DNA of 50,840 nt from Oceanospirillales bacterium (GTDB taxonomy: Bacteria > Pseudomonadota > Gammaproteobacteria > Xanthomonadales > SZUA-38), in contig QIKT01000180.1 of NCBI GenBank assembly GCA_003233095.1, positions 1-50,840 on the forward strand, read 5' to 3'. A program made the translations under genes and the position numbers. Below the pieces are notes generated by a model, which did no database searches, was not told the origin of the DNA, and was given only the letters and a program-made list of their open reading frames with translations. Below are positions 8,142-16,017 of this stretch, piece by piece (the first letter of the stretch is position 1; the number at the start of each line of letters is the position of its first letter).

Positions 8142-10109
8142 GTGTCATTTCAACTCAATTCACAACAGGATGCCGCTGTTCGCCATGTCGCAGGCCCGCT
8201 GCTGGTTCTGGCTGGCGCTGGTAGCGGCAAAACAGGGGTCATCACCCGCAAGATTGCCTGGTTGATTTCTCAGCAGAAGATGCTGCCGGAAAAAATTGCA
8301 GCCATTACCTTCACCAACAAAGCCGCGCGAGAAATGCGCCATCGCTTGTCGAGCCTGCTTGGCAAGGAGGTAGCCTCGCAGCTGCTGGTTTGCACCTTCC
8401 ATTCTCTGGGGCTGAAAATCATGCTGGCTGAAGGCAAGCGACTGGGCTATCGAAGCGGTTTCAGCATTTTCGACACTCAAGACTCCAAAGCCATCGTCCA
8501 GGAACTGCTGCCGGGCGGGTCATCACCGGATGCTCTGGATCGGGTGCGATGGCAGATCTCCCGCTGGAAGTCTGATGGGCTGACGCCCGATCAGATTGAA
8601 GAGCATCCTGAGATGGTGGCGGTCTTCGAGGGTTATCAGGAGCAACTGCTGAAGTTCAATGCCATGGATTTTGACGACCTGATCAGCTTGCCGGTGCGCC
8701 TGCTGGAGTCAGAAGAGCAGGTTCGTCTATCCTGGCAGCAGAAGATTCGCTATCTGCTCGTCGATGAGTATCAGGACACCAATGCCATTCAGTATCGGAT
8801 GCTCAGGCAGCTGCTGGACCAGCGCGGGATGATCACGGCTGTGGGTGATGATGATCAGTCCATTTATGGTTGGCGAGGCGCTCGCCCTGAAAATATCGAC
8901 CAGTTCGGCGTTGATTTCCAGGACCTCAAGATCATTAAGCTGGAGCAGAACTATCGATCATCACGGACCATTCTGAAGGCGGCCAATGCGCTGATCAGTC
9001 ACAATCCCCACACGATCGAAAAACAGTTGTGGAGTGATCTGGGCGACGGTGATCCGATTCGAGTGCTGATTTGTCGTGACGCCCAGCATGAAGCTGAACG
9101 AGTGGTGTCGGGCGTTCTTGAAAAGCGCTTCATCGGCAAGAATGATTACGGCGATTTTGCCGTGTTATACCGATCCAACCACCAGTCACGCCTGCTGGAG
9201 CAGGCGCTCAGATCACATCGGATTCCCTACCAACTCAGCGGTGCCCGGTCTTTTTTTGATCGCTCGGAAATCAAGGATGTGTTGACCTATCTCCGACTTA
9301 TGGTCAACCCGAATGATGATAGTGCCTTCCTGCGGGTGATCAATACGCCGCGGCGCAGCCTCGGTGTGTCGACGGTGGGGCATGTGGCCTCTCATGCAGA
9401 GCGGCAGGGTTGTAGCATGATGACCGCAGCGCGCTCACTGGCTTGCCAGTCGGGCCTGTCTGGTCGTGCCCTGATTGTCCTGAAGCGTTTCCTGGAGTGG
9501 GTTGACAGGTTGTCTCGCCGCACCGAGGGGCAATCAGCTGCTGTGCTTGCGCAGCAGGTCATCGACGATACCGACTATGAAGACTGGTTGCTGAAATCCA
9601 GTCGGGACGCCGTGCAGGCGGACCGCAGAATCGAGGCCGTTGCGGATCTGATGAAGTGGCTCAATGGCATGGATCAGAGCCTGAGTCTGTCCGAGTCCCT
9701 GCAACAACTGGCGCTGTCCAATCAGGATGATGATGAGCCATCCGCCGAAGCGGTGCATCTGATGACGATTCACGCGGCCAAAGGTCTGGAGTTTCCACAT
9801 GTCTTCATGGTGGGTGTCGAGTCAGGCAATCTGCCCCATCAGAACAGCATCGACGAAGGCACTCTGGAAGAAGAGCGACGGTTGATGTATGTCGGTGTGA
9901 CGCGAGCACAGCGAACCTTGTGCCTGAGTTATTCCAGGCATCGGCGTCGTTTCGGTGAGATAGAAAAGGCAGAGCCCAGCCAGTTTCTGGATGAAATGCC
10001 AGCCGAACTGATGCATTGGGAAGGTCGAGACACCGAATCGGACGAAGCGGCCTCTCGCAAGACTGCCAATGCTCATCTGGCAGACATGAAGGCGATGTTC
10101 GACGACTGA
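8142..10109 (+). CDS. rep: ATP-dependent DNA helicase Rep (UvrD/Rep family)
   Basis: GTG at 8142 with AAGG upstream. SFQLNSQQDAAVRHVAGPLLVLAGAGSGKTGVITRKIAWLI...ITFTNKAAREM...LLVDEYQDTN is collinear with E. coli Rep. The track ORF start at 7794 is read-through of the repeats. Confidence 0.9.
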   Translation: MSFQLNSQQDAAVRHVAGPLLVLAGAGSGKTGVITRKIAWLISQQKMLPEKIAAITFTNKAAREMRHRLSSLLGKEVASQLLVCTFHSLGLKIMLAEGKRLGYRSGFSIFDTQDSKAIVQELLPGGSSPDALDRVRWQISRWKSDGLTPDQIEEHPEMVAVFEGYQEQLLKFNAMDFDDLISLPVRLLESEEQVRLSWQQKIRYLLVDEYQDTNAIQYRMLRQLLDQRGMITAVGDDDQSIYGWRGARPENIDQFGVDFQDLKIIKLEQNYRSSRTILKAANALISHNPHTIEKQLWSDLGDGDPIRVLICRDAQHEAERVVSGVLEKRFIGKNDYGDFAVLYRSNHQSRLLEQALRSHRIPYQLSGARSFFDRSEIKDVLTYLRLMVNPNDDSAFLRVINTPRRSLGVSTVGHVASHAERQGCSMMTAARSLACQSGLSGRALIVLKRFLEWVDRLSRRTEGQSAAVLAQQVIDDTDYEDWLLKSSRDAVQADRRIEAVADLMKWLNGMDQSLSLSESLQQLALSNQDDDEPSAEAVHLMTIHAAKGLEFPHVFMVGVESGNLPHQNSIDEGTLEEERRLMYVGVTRAQRTLCLSYSRHRRRFGEIEKAEPSQFLDEMPAELMHWEGRDTESDEAASRKTANAHLADMKAMFDD

Positions 10110-10304
10110 CTCTCACCACTCTGACATGGCATCGCAGTTTGATGTGGTGATTGACAGATCATGGATGCGCAGAGGGTTTGTTCACGTCATACCGAACCGA
10201 TACCTTTGGGATATGTCCAACGTTCGTTGAACTGCTATAAGCACTGTGGGCATCAGCCAATGCGGTCCAGATAGGCTGGCGATCCGCAGACATCAAGGCA
10301 TCAC

Positions 10305-10970
10305 ATGATACAGATAGAAAATCTGCGCAAGACCTACCAGACCGGAGGCGAGGTTGTCCACGCACTGGATGGGGTCGATATCCATATTGCCGAGGGTCAG
10401 TTCGTCGCGATCATGGGGCGTTCCGGCTCAGGTAAATCCACCATGCTGAACATCCTGGGCTGCATGGATCAACCGACTTCAGGCCGCTATCTGCTAGCCG
10501 GAGATGACGTCAACAGTCTGAATGATGATCAACTCTCTTCGATCCGCAATCGACGGATCGGATTCGTCTTTCAAGGATTCCACCTGCTGCCCCGACTCAG
10601 CGCTCTGGAGAATGTGCTGTTGCCCAAGCGATTCTCCGAAGGTGAAGACGCGGCCCATTCCAGACAACGAGCAGAATCCCTTCTGGAGACCGTGGGTCTG
10701 GGACCACGCATGCACCACAGGCCCAATGAAATGTCGGGTGGGCAATGTCAACGGGTTGCGATCGCCCGTTCGCTGGTCAACGACCCAGACATTCTGCTGG
10801 CCGACGAACCCACTGGAAACCTGGATTCGACGACCTCCGGTCACATTCTCGAATTACTCAACGATCTCAACGGCAAGGGGCAAACGGTGGTCATGGTGAC
10901 CCACGAACCTGATATCGCTGCCCACGCTGATCGAACCATTGAACTACTGGACGGGAAGGTTGTGTCATGA
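10305..10970 (+). CDS. ABC transporter ATP-binding protein, MacB/LolD type
   Basis: Walker A GRSGSGKST, signature MSGGQCQRVAIAR, Walker B ILLADEPTGNLD, H-loop VVMVTHEP. Confidence 0.9.
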   Translation: MIQIENLRKTYQTGGEVVHALDGVDIHIAEGQFVAIMGRSGSGKSTMLNILGCMDQPTSGRYLLAGDDVNSLNDDQLSSIRNRRIGFVFQGFHLLPRLSALENVLLPKRFSEGEDAAHSRQRAESLLETVGLGPRMHHRPNEMSGGQCQRVAIARSLVNDPDILLADEPTGNLDSTTSGHILELLNDLNGKGQTVVMVTHEPDIAAHADRTIELLDGKVVS

Positions 10971-11926
10971 ACAGATGCTGGATGGGATGGGCAGCGCTGC
11001 TATCATTGAATGTGAGTATCGCTAGTGATGTGATTCTGGTGACGGGTCAGGTTGAATCACGCCACTCTCAGGATATTCTGACACCGGTGACGACGAACCG
11101 GCAGGGCAAAATATCCGAGTTGGCCGATGAAGGCAGCTGGGTCGATGCTGGTGATGTGGTGGTCCAGTTCGACGGATCGGACGTGGATTCCCGAATTCTT
11201 GCGGCCGAAGACGACTTGATGCTGTTCAAGGCAAACATTCGCCGCGACCTGATTCGTCTGGAGATCGCGATGCGCAACGCCGATCTGGACGCCGAGAAAG
11301 CCCAGGTGGAAGTGGAGATTGCCAACATGGAAGCGGGGGTTCCGCTGGATCTGATTGGTGAACTGGAGTATCGAGAACGGCAGTTGAGAAAAGCACGCGC
11401 TGACAATGCCTTGATCGAAACCAGGCAGCAACTGTCGGATGCCACCAAGGCACTGTCCGAAAAACAGATCGAACTGGAACTGGGTCTGGCAAGAAAGACC
11501 GATAAGCTGGACATGTGGCGCAACATGCTCGAGTCCTACACCATCGTGGCCGAACAGCCAGGCTTCGTCATCCACAGTGTTCATCCGTGGAGTGGCAGCA
11601 AGCTGCAGGAAGGCGATCAGGCCCACTCCGGGATGCAAGTGGCCAGCGTGGCCCAGAACACCAACATGCAGGTCATCTCATGGGTCAATGCGGTGGACAT
11701 TCCACACCTTGCTGACGACCAGAATGTGTCAATACGTTTCGATGCTGTCGAGGCAGTGATCCTGCAAGGAACCATCAGTGAGATTGCCCTGGCCGGTGAC
11801 GTCAAGCCCGAGTGGGGTGACGGTCTGTATTATCGAGTGGTTATCGAGATGCAAGGTGCTGAGGCGCTCGAATTGTTGTCCGGCATGAGTGTCCTGGTAG
11901 AAATTCCTGTGAGGAGTTCGGTATGA
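10967..11926 (+). CDS. periplasmic adaptor (HlyD/MFP family) 1
   Basis: 319 aa with an N-terminal signal or anchor. Lipoyl-like segment (GKISELADEGSWVDAGDVVVQFD), a long coiled-coil hairpin, then a beta-barrel segment. ATGA overlap with the ATPase gene. Confidence 0.75.
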   Translation: MNRCWMGWAALLSLNVSIASDVILVTGQVESRHSQDILTPVTTNRQGKISELADEGSWVDAGDVVVQFDGSDVDSRILAAEDDLMLFKANIRRDLIRLEIAMRNADLDAEKAQVEVEIANMEAGVPLDLIGELEYRERQLRKARADNALIETRQQLSDATKALSEKQIELELGLARKTDKLDMWRNMLESYTIVAEQPGFVIHSVHPWSGSKLQEGDQAHSGMQVASVAQNTNMQVISWVNAVDIPHLADDQNVSIRFDAVEAVILQGTISEIALAGDVKPEWGDGLYYRVVIEMQGAEALELLSGMSVLVEIPVRSSV

Positions 11927-12936
11927 ACACAATCAAGCACATGGCGTTGATCACGATCATGGCGGCGGTACTGACAGCGTGTAGTCAGACAGAAACCACC
12001 GAGGTTGACGAGTCGGTCGTCAAGGTACCCAATCAAGTGTCTTCAGGTGGTGAACTTGAGGCGGTACAGACCCAGGCCATGGCCCCGCCAAGGGTCAAGC
12101 GGATTTGGCGCTATACCATTGCCTTCATGGCTCCGGATGGCACGTCAGTGGAACCCGGCACACCGGTGCTGGGATTTGAAACACAGGAGCTCAAAACCCA
12201 GCTGCTGGACAAGAATGGCGAATTGGCCAACAAACAAAGTGAACTGGAAGCCGCTCAAGTGAGACAGGTTGAAGTTCTCGAAGACAAGGGCTTGACGTAT
12301 GAAGAGCTGGACATGATGAGCGGCAAGGCCAAGCGTAAAGCCGATCTGCCCGAGGGGGTTCTTGCCGGCAACGTGTACCGTGAGAATCAGCTCAATTACA
12401 AATTGGCCAACCTCGAACTGGCACACGGCGAGATCGACGACGGTCTGACTCGACAACAACTGCGCACCGAGGAAGAGATCCTGTCCACCGAAGTGGACAA
12501 GTTGCAGGCCGAAGTCAATGAACTCCAGGTTGCGATCAAGAGCATGACCCTGTTGGCGACTCGTCCAGGCATCGTGATTCACAAAGGGGACTGGGAGGGC
12601 AACAAGTTCACCGTTGGAGATACGACCTGGGGTGGTCGGCGGGTTGTCGAAGTCGCAGACCTGAACGCGATCATCGCCCGGCTCGAAATCCCCGAACGAG
12701 ACATGACCCGGATCAAGATCGGCCAATCGGTCCGTTTTCGTCTTGACGCGAACCCTGACAAGCAATTCATTGGCATCATCGAGAGTCTCTCGAATGTGGT
12801 CCGACAGAAGTCCAAGAATCAGCCGGCCCGCGTCATTGATGCGGTGGTGAAGGTGGAAAATCCCGACCCTGAAATCATGCGCCCTGGCATGCGCGTCAGT
12901 GCCGAAATCGATATCAGTGTGGAGCAGTCATCATGA
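11923..12936 (+). CDS. periplasmic adaptor (HlyD/MFP family) 2, lipoprotein
   Basis: 337 aa with lipobox VLTAC. Coiled coil (KNGELANKQSELEAAQ...LQAEVNELQ), then a beta-barrel part (IGQSVRFRLDANPDKQFIGIIESLS). ATGA overlap. Confidence 0.75.
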   Translation: MNTIKHMALITIMAAVLTACSQTETTEVDESVVKVPNQVSSGGELEAVQTQAMAPPRVKRIWRYTIAFMAPDGTSVEPGTPVLGFETQELKTQLLDKNGELANKQSELEAAQVRQVEVLEDKGLTYEELDMMSGKAKRKADLPEGVLAGNVYRENQLNYKLANLELAHGEIDDGLTRQQLRTEEEILSTEVDKLQAEVNELQVAIKSMTLLATRPGIVIHKGDWEGNKFTVGDTTWGGRRVVEVADLNAIIARLEIPERDMTRIKIGQSVRFRLDANPDKQFIGIIESLSNVVRQKSKNQPARVIDAVVKVENPDPEIMRPGMRVSAEIDISVEQSS

Positions 12937-14153
12937 ATCGCTGCTGGACTTCCACTGCCCTGGCCGTTTTGCTGGCCGGTTGCAGCTCATCGGAGGTTGC
13001 CCAAATGCCCACCCTCGCGATCGAGCCGGGTGACTTTCATTTTGTTGTTTACGCCGATGGCGAGCTTGAAGCAGTCAATTCCACCCCGCTCACCGCCCCG
13101 CCGGGTGGTCGTGGCCCCATGGTGATCTCGTGGATCGCCCCGGCCTTCACCAGCGTTTCGGCCGGAGATGTGGTGGCCCGATTTGATGGCAGCGAGTTTC
13201 AACGCAATGCCGACGATGCCGATTATGAAATTCAGAAGCTGGGACTGGCGGTTGCCAACAAACAGCGCGAACTGAGTCTGTCGCTCAGCGGCCTGACCAA
13301 TGAATCGGAGATTGTCGGGCTGGAAATGGAGATGGCGGATAAATTCAACATTGATGATCCGATGCTGTATTCGCAAATGGAGATTATCGATTCGATGTCC
13401 GATGGCGAGTACCTGGGAGCCAAAACCGGTTACTTGGATCGGATGGGGATTCATTATGAGACCAAGTCCGACGCTGAAATGTCTGTGATTCAGACTCAGC
13501 AGAGCACCTTCGATGCCAAGCTTCAATTCAATCAGAATGGCTTGAGCATGCTGGAAGTCAGCGCGCCGCATGATGGCATGTTCGTGTTGCAGAAAAACTG
13601 GTACGGCAATCTCCCCAGGGCTGGCGAAGCCGTATTCCCAGGCACGCGTCTGGCGACCTTGCCCGACCTGGGTCAGATGCAGGCGAGCCTGTTCGTGCCC
13701 GAAGTCGAGGCCAACGGGATCAAGGAAGGGCAAACCACCACCGTTCAACTGCATGCCTTTCCCGATCGCGAGTTGACCGGTACGGTCAGTCAAATCAGCA
13801 AATCGGCTCAGCCGCGCGAACGCGACAACCCGGTCAAGTATTTTACAGTCAAGGTGTTGCTCGATCAGGCTGACCCCGAGTGGCTGCTTCCAGGGCAACG
13901 CCTCGATGCTGCCATTACGGTTGCGGATCAATCCAACGTGATGTCGGTGCCGGCGCAAGCCACCTTCCGGGATGATGCGGGCAGCTGGGTTTATGTGCAG
14001 TCAGCGGTTGGGTTTGAACGCCGAATCATCGAGACCGGGATGTGCAGCACGTCTCGTTGTCTGGTCAACAAGGGACTCAAGCCTGGAGACCGTATCGCCC
14101 TGTCAGAACCGGATATGATTGGACGCAGCTTCGCCGGATCGCCTTCCTCTTGA
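12933..14153 (+). CDS. periplasmic adaptor (HlyD/MFP family) 3, lipoprotein
   Basis: 406 aa with lipobox LLAGC. Lipoyl-like segment (VSAGDVVARFD), a beta-barrel (GQTTTVQLHAFPDRELTGTVSQIS), and a C-terminal membrane-proximal-like domain (WVYVQSAVGFERRIIETG). ATGA overlap. Confidence 0.75.
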   Translation: MNRCWTSTALAVLLAGCSSSEVAQMPTLAIEPGDFHFVVYADGELEAVNSTPLTAPPGGRGPMVISWIAPAFTSVSAGDVVARFDGSEFQRNADDADYEIQKLGLAVANKQRELSLSLSGLTNESEIVGLEMEMADKFNIDDPMLYSQMEIIDSMSDGEYLGAKTGYLDRMGIHYETKSDAEMSVIQTQQSTFDAKLQFNQNGLSMLEVSAPHDGMFVLQKNWYGNLPRAGEAVFPGTRLATLPDLGQMQASLFVPEVEANGIKEGQTTTVQLHAFPDRELTGTVSQISKSAQPRERDNPVKYFTVKVLLDQADPEWLLPGQRLDAAITVADQSNVMSVPAQATFRDDAGSWVYVQSAVGFERRIIETGMCSTSRCLVNKGLKPGDRIALSEPDMIGRSFAGSPSS

Positions 14154-15385
14154 AACTGACAGAAAGTTTTGGGCATGCGATCAGCGAGATGTTGCATCAC
14201 AAACTGCGCACCTTGCTGACCCTGCTGGGCATGGTTTTTGGCGTGGGCGCGGTGATCGCGATGCTCAGTATCGGCGAAGGTGCCAAGGCCGAAGCCATGC
14301 GCTTGATCGAATCGATGGGGCTGCGAAACCTGCTCGTCAATGCACGCCAGTTCGACCCGGAGACATTGAAGGAGATCCGTGAGGATTCACTCGGGCTGAA
14401 CCTCAACGACCGCCGAGCCATTACCGACACATTGCCATTCGTCGATCAGACCTGTGCCGAGAAAAGCATCAAGACTTACGACCTGTTTTCCAGGCAGAAC
14501 AGCAGTGATGCCAGTGTCCTGGCGGTGTCGCCAAATTGCTTCGGGATGAGTGCTCTGACCGCTGGTGCGGGTCGTCTGTTCGATCAACAGGATGATGCGC
14601 GCTACGATCAGGTTGCGGTCATCGGGTCTGAAGTGGCGGCGACTTTGTTTCCCAATGGAGACGCCGTGGGTGGGCTGATCAAGGTCAATCATCTGTGGCT
14701 GCGGGTGATCGGTGTTCTGGCCAGCCAAACACTCACCAAGGATGAATTTCAGGGCATCAAGCTCGGCGCAGAACAGAACCGCGTCTACATGCCATTGTCG
14801 ACTGCCTTCAAGCGCTTGAAATTCGAACCGATGGAAGACGAGCTGGATACCTTGCGCGTCGGTATCAATACGACCAGCAGCCCGCAGATTGCCGCACTGG
14901 CGATCAACCGGCTGATCAACCGCCGGCATGGTCAAGCCGAAGATTTCGAGATTGTCATTCCTGCCGCGCTGCTCAATCAGCAGCAACAGACTCAGCGAAT
15001 CTTCACGATTGTAATGTCCTGTATTGCGGGGATTTCTCTGTTGGTGGGGGGCATTGGCATCATGAACATCATGTTGGCCACCGTACTCGAACGCACCTCC
15101 GAGATTGGATTACTGCGAGCACTCGGGGCGCGCAAAATCGATATTCAAAGACAATTTCTGGTTGAAAGTGCAACCATTGCAGCGCTCGGTGCGATCCTGG
15201 GCATCATCATGGGGGTGGTGTTGTCATTCATTATTCAGAGTTTCGCCAACTGGCCGGTGGAGTGGTCGCTGTCTTCAATCTTGCTCGCGGTGGGAATCTG
15301 TTTACTGACAGGCATCGGTTTTGGCTGGTATCCAGCTCGACGGGCTGCCGACTTGGACCCGATTCGCGCACTGCAGTCCTCATGA
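14150..15385 (+). CDS. ABC transporter permease, MacB-like (periplasmic core domain plus FtsX)
   Basis: Proposed TTG start at 14150 overlaps the preceding TGA (TTGA), giving MKLTESFGHAISEMLHHKLRTLLTLLGMVFGVGAVI. C-terminal FtsX motif ERTSEIGLLRALGARK. The track ORF start 14042 lies inside the upstream gene. Confidence 0.85.
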   Translation: MKLTESFGHAISEMLHHKLRTLLTLLGMVFGVGAVIAMLSIGEGAKAEAMRLIESMGLRNLLVNARQFDPETLKEIREDSLGLNLNDRRAITDTLPFVDQTCAEKSIKTYDLFSRQNSSDASVLAVSPNCFGMSALTAGAGRLFDQQDDARYDQVAVIGSEVAATLFPNGDAVGGLIKVNHLWLRVIGVLASQTLTKDEFQGIKLGAEQNRVYMPLSTAFKRLKFEPMEDELDTLRVGINTTSSPQIAALAINRLINRRHGQAEDFEIVIPAALLNQQQQTQRIFTIVMSCIAGISLLVGGIGIMNIMLATVLERTSEIGLLRALGARKIDIQRQFLVESATIAALGAILGIIMGVVLSFIIQSFANWPVEWSLSSILLAVGICLLTGIGFGWYPARRAADLDPIRALQSS

Positions 15386-15423
15386 CCATATTGGGTTTTG
15401 CCGGTTGACCCTGCCGGCGAGGC

Positions 15424-15882
15424 TCAGTCTGATTCGGGCTGATAGATGCACAGCTCCACTTCGGCGCCATCTTCCATGCCGTCGACTTGCTCGGCGCAAT
15501 CGCCTGCGAAGGCAAGATAATCGCTCAGATCGGCCAGAAGCATATTGCTGACATCATACTCGCCGCCCATGGCGCAGGGTTCGATCATGGCATAGCACTG
15601 TCCGGGCAAAGGGTCACCCAGGATCAATCGCGCCGCGCTGATCAGCTTGTTCAGCTGCCAGTCTGCCGTGTACTCCTTCGAATTCATCAGTCGATCGATG
15701 GCGGATTCGCTTTGCGCTTCGAGCTTGACGCTCAACTCCTCGGGGCACAGTCTCCAGAACTGGCCGAGCGCATCGCGAACAATCACATTGCCCATGGGGC
15801 TGATTGCATGAACGTCTTCGGCTTGCCCGATAGCCCAGTGCCAATGATCGTCAATGGCCTTCAGAATGAGTTGATTGTCCAC
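15424..15882 (-). CDS. DUF1851 / Tdi1-like (immunity-protein-like) small cytoplasmic protein
   Basis: 152 aa, acidic, no signal peptide. GQCYAMIEPCAMGGEYDVSNMLLADLSDYLAFAGD resembles the conserved C-terminal block of DUF1851 as I remember it. Not verified. Confidence 0.45.
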   Translation of the reverse strand: MDNQLILKAIDDHWHWAIGQAEDVHAISPMGNVIVRDALGQFWRLCPEELSVKLEAQSESAIDRLMNSKEYTADWQLNKLISAARLILGDPLPGQCYAMIEPCAMGGEYDVSNMLLADLSDYLAFAGDCAEQVDGMEDGAEVELCIYQPESD

Positions 15883-16017
15883 AGATGTCCTTCAAGCGAG
15901 TCGATGAATCAGAGCAGTCTATCTGATCGATTCGAACCATCTGTAGAGGGTCACTTCGATCAGACTCCTGCCCCTGATAACCAGCATCGCATGCCCCGAC
16001 GTTCCGGTCACGCCGGA

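Noticed and set aside
12987-13958. 323-aa minus-strand ORF
   Set aside because: Antisense to adaptor gene 3. It has low-complexity Arg/Gly/His-rich sequence and would break an operon that is otherwise fully coupled.
15386-15423. Weak hairpin GCCGG-n9-CCGGC between the ABC permease and the DUF1851-like gene
   Set aside because: The stem is only 5 bp, the loop is large and there is no T-run. It is not convincing as a terminator.
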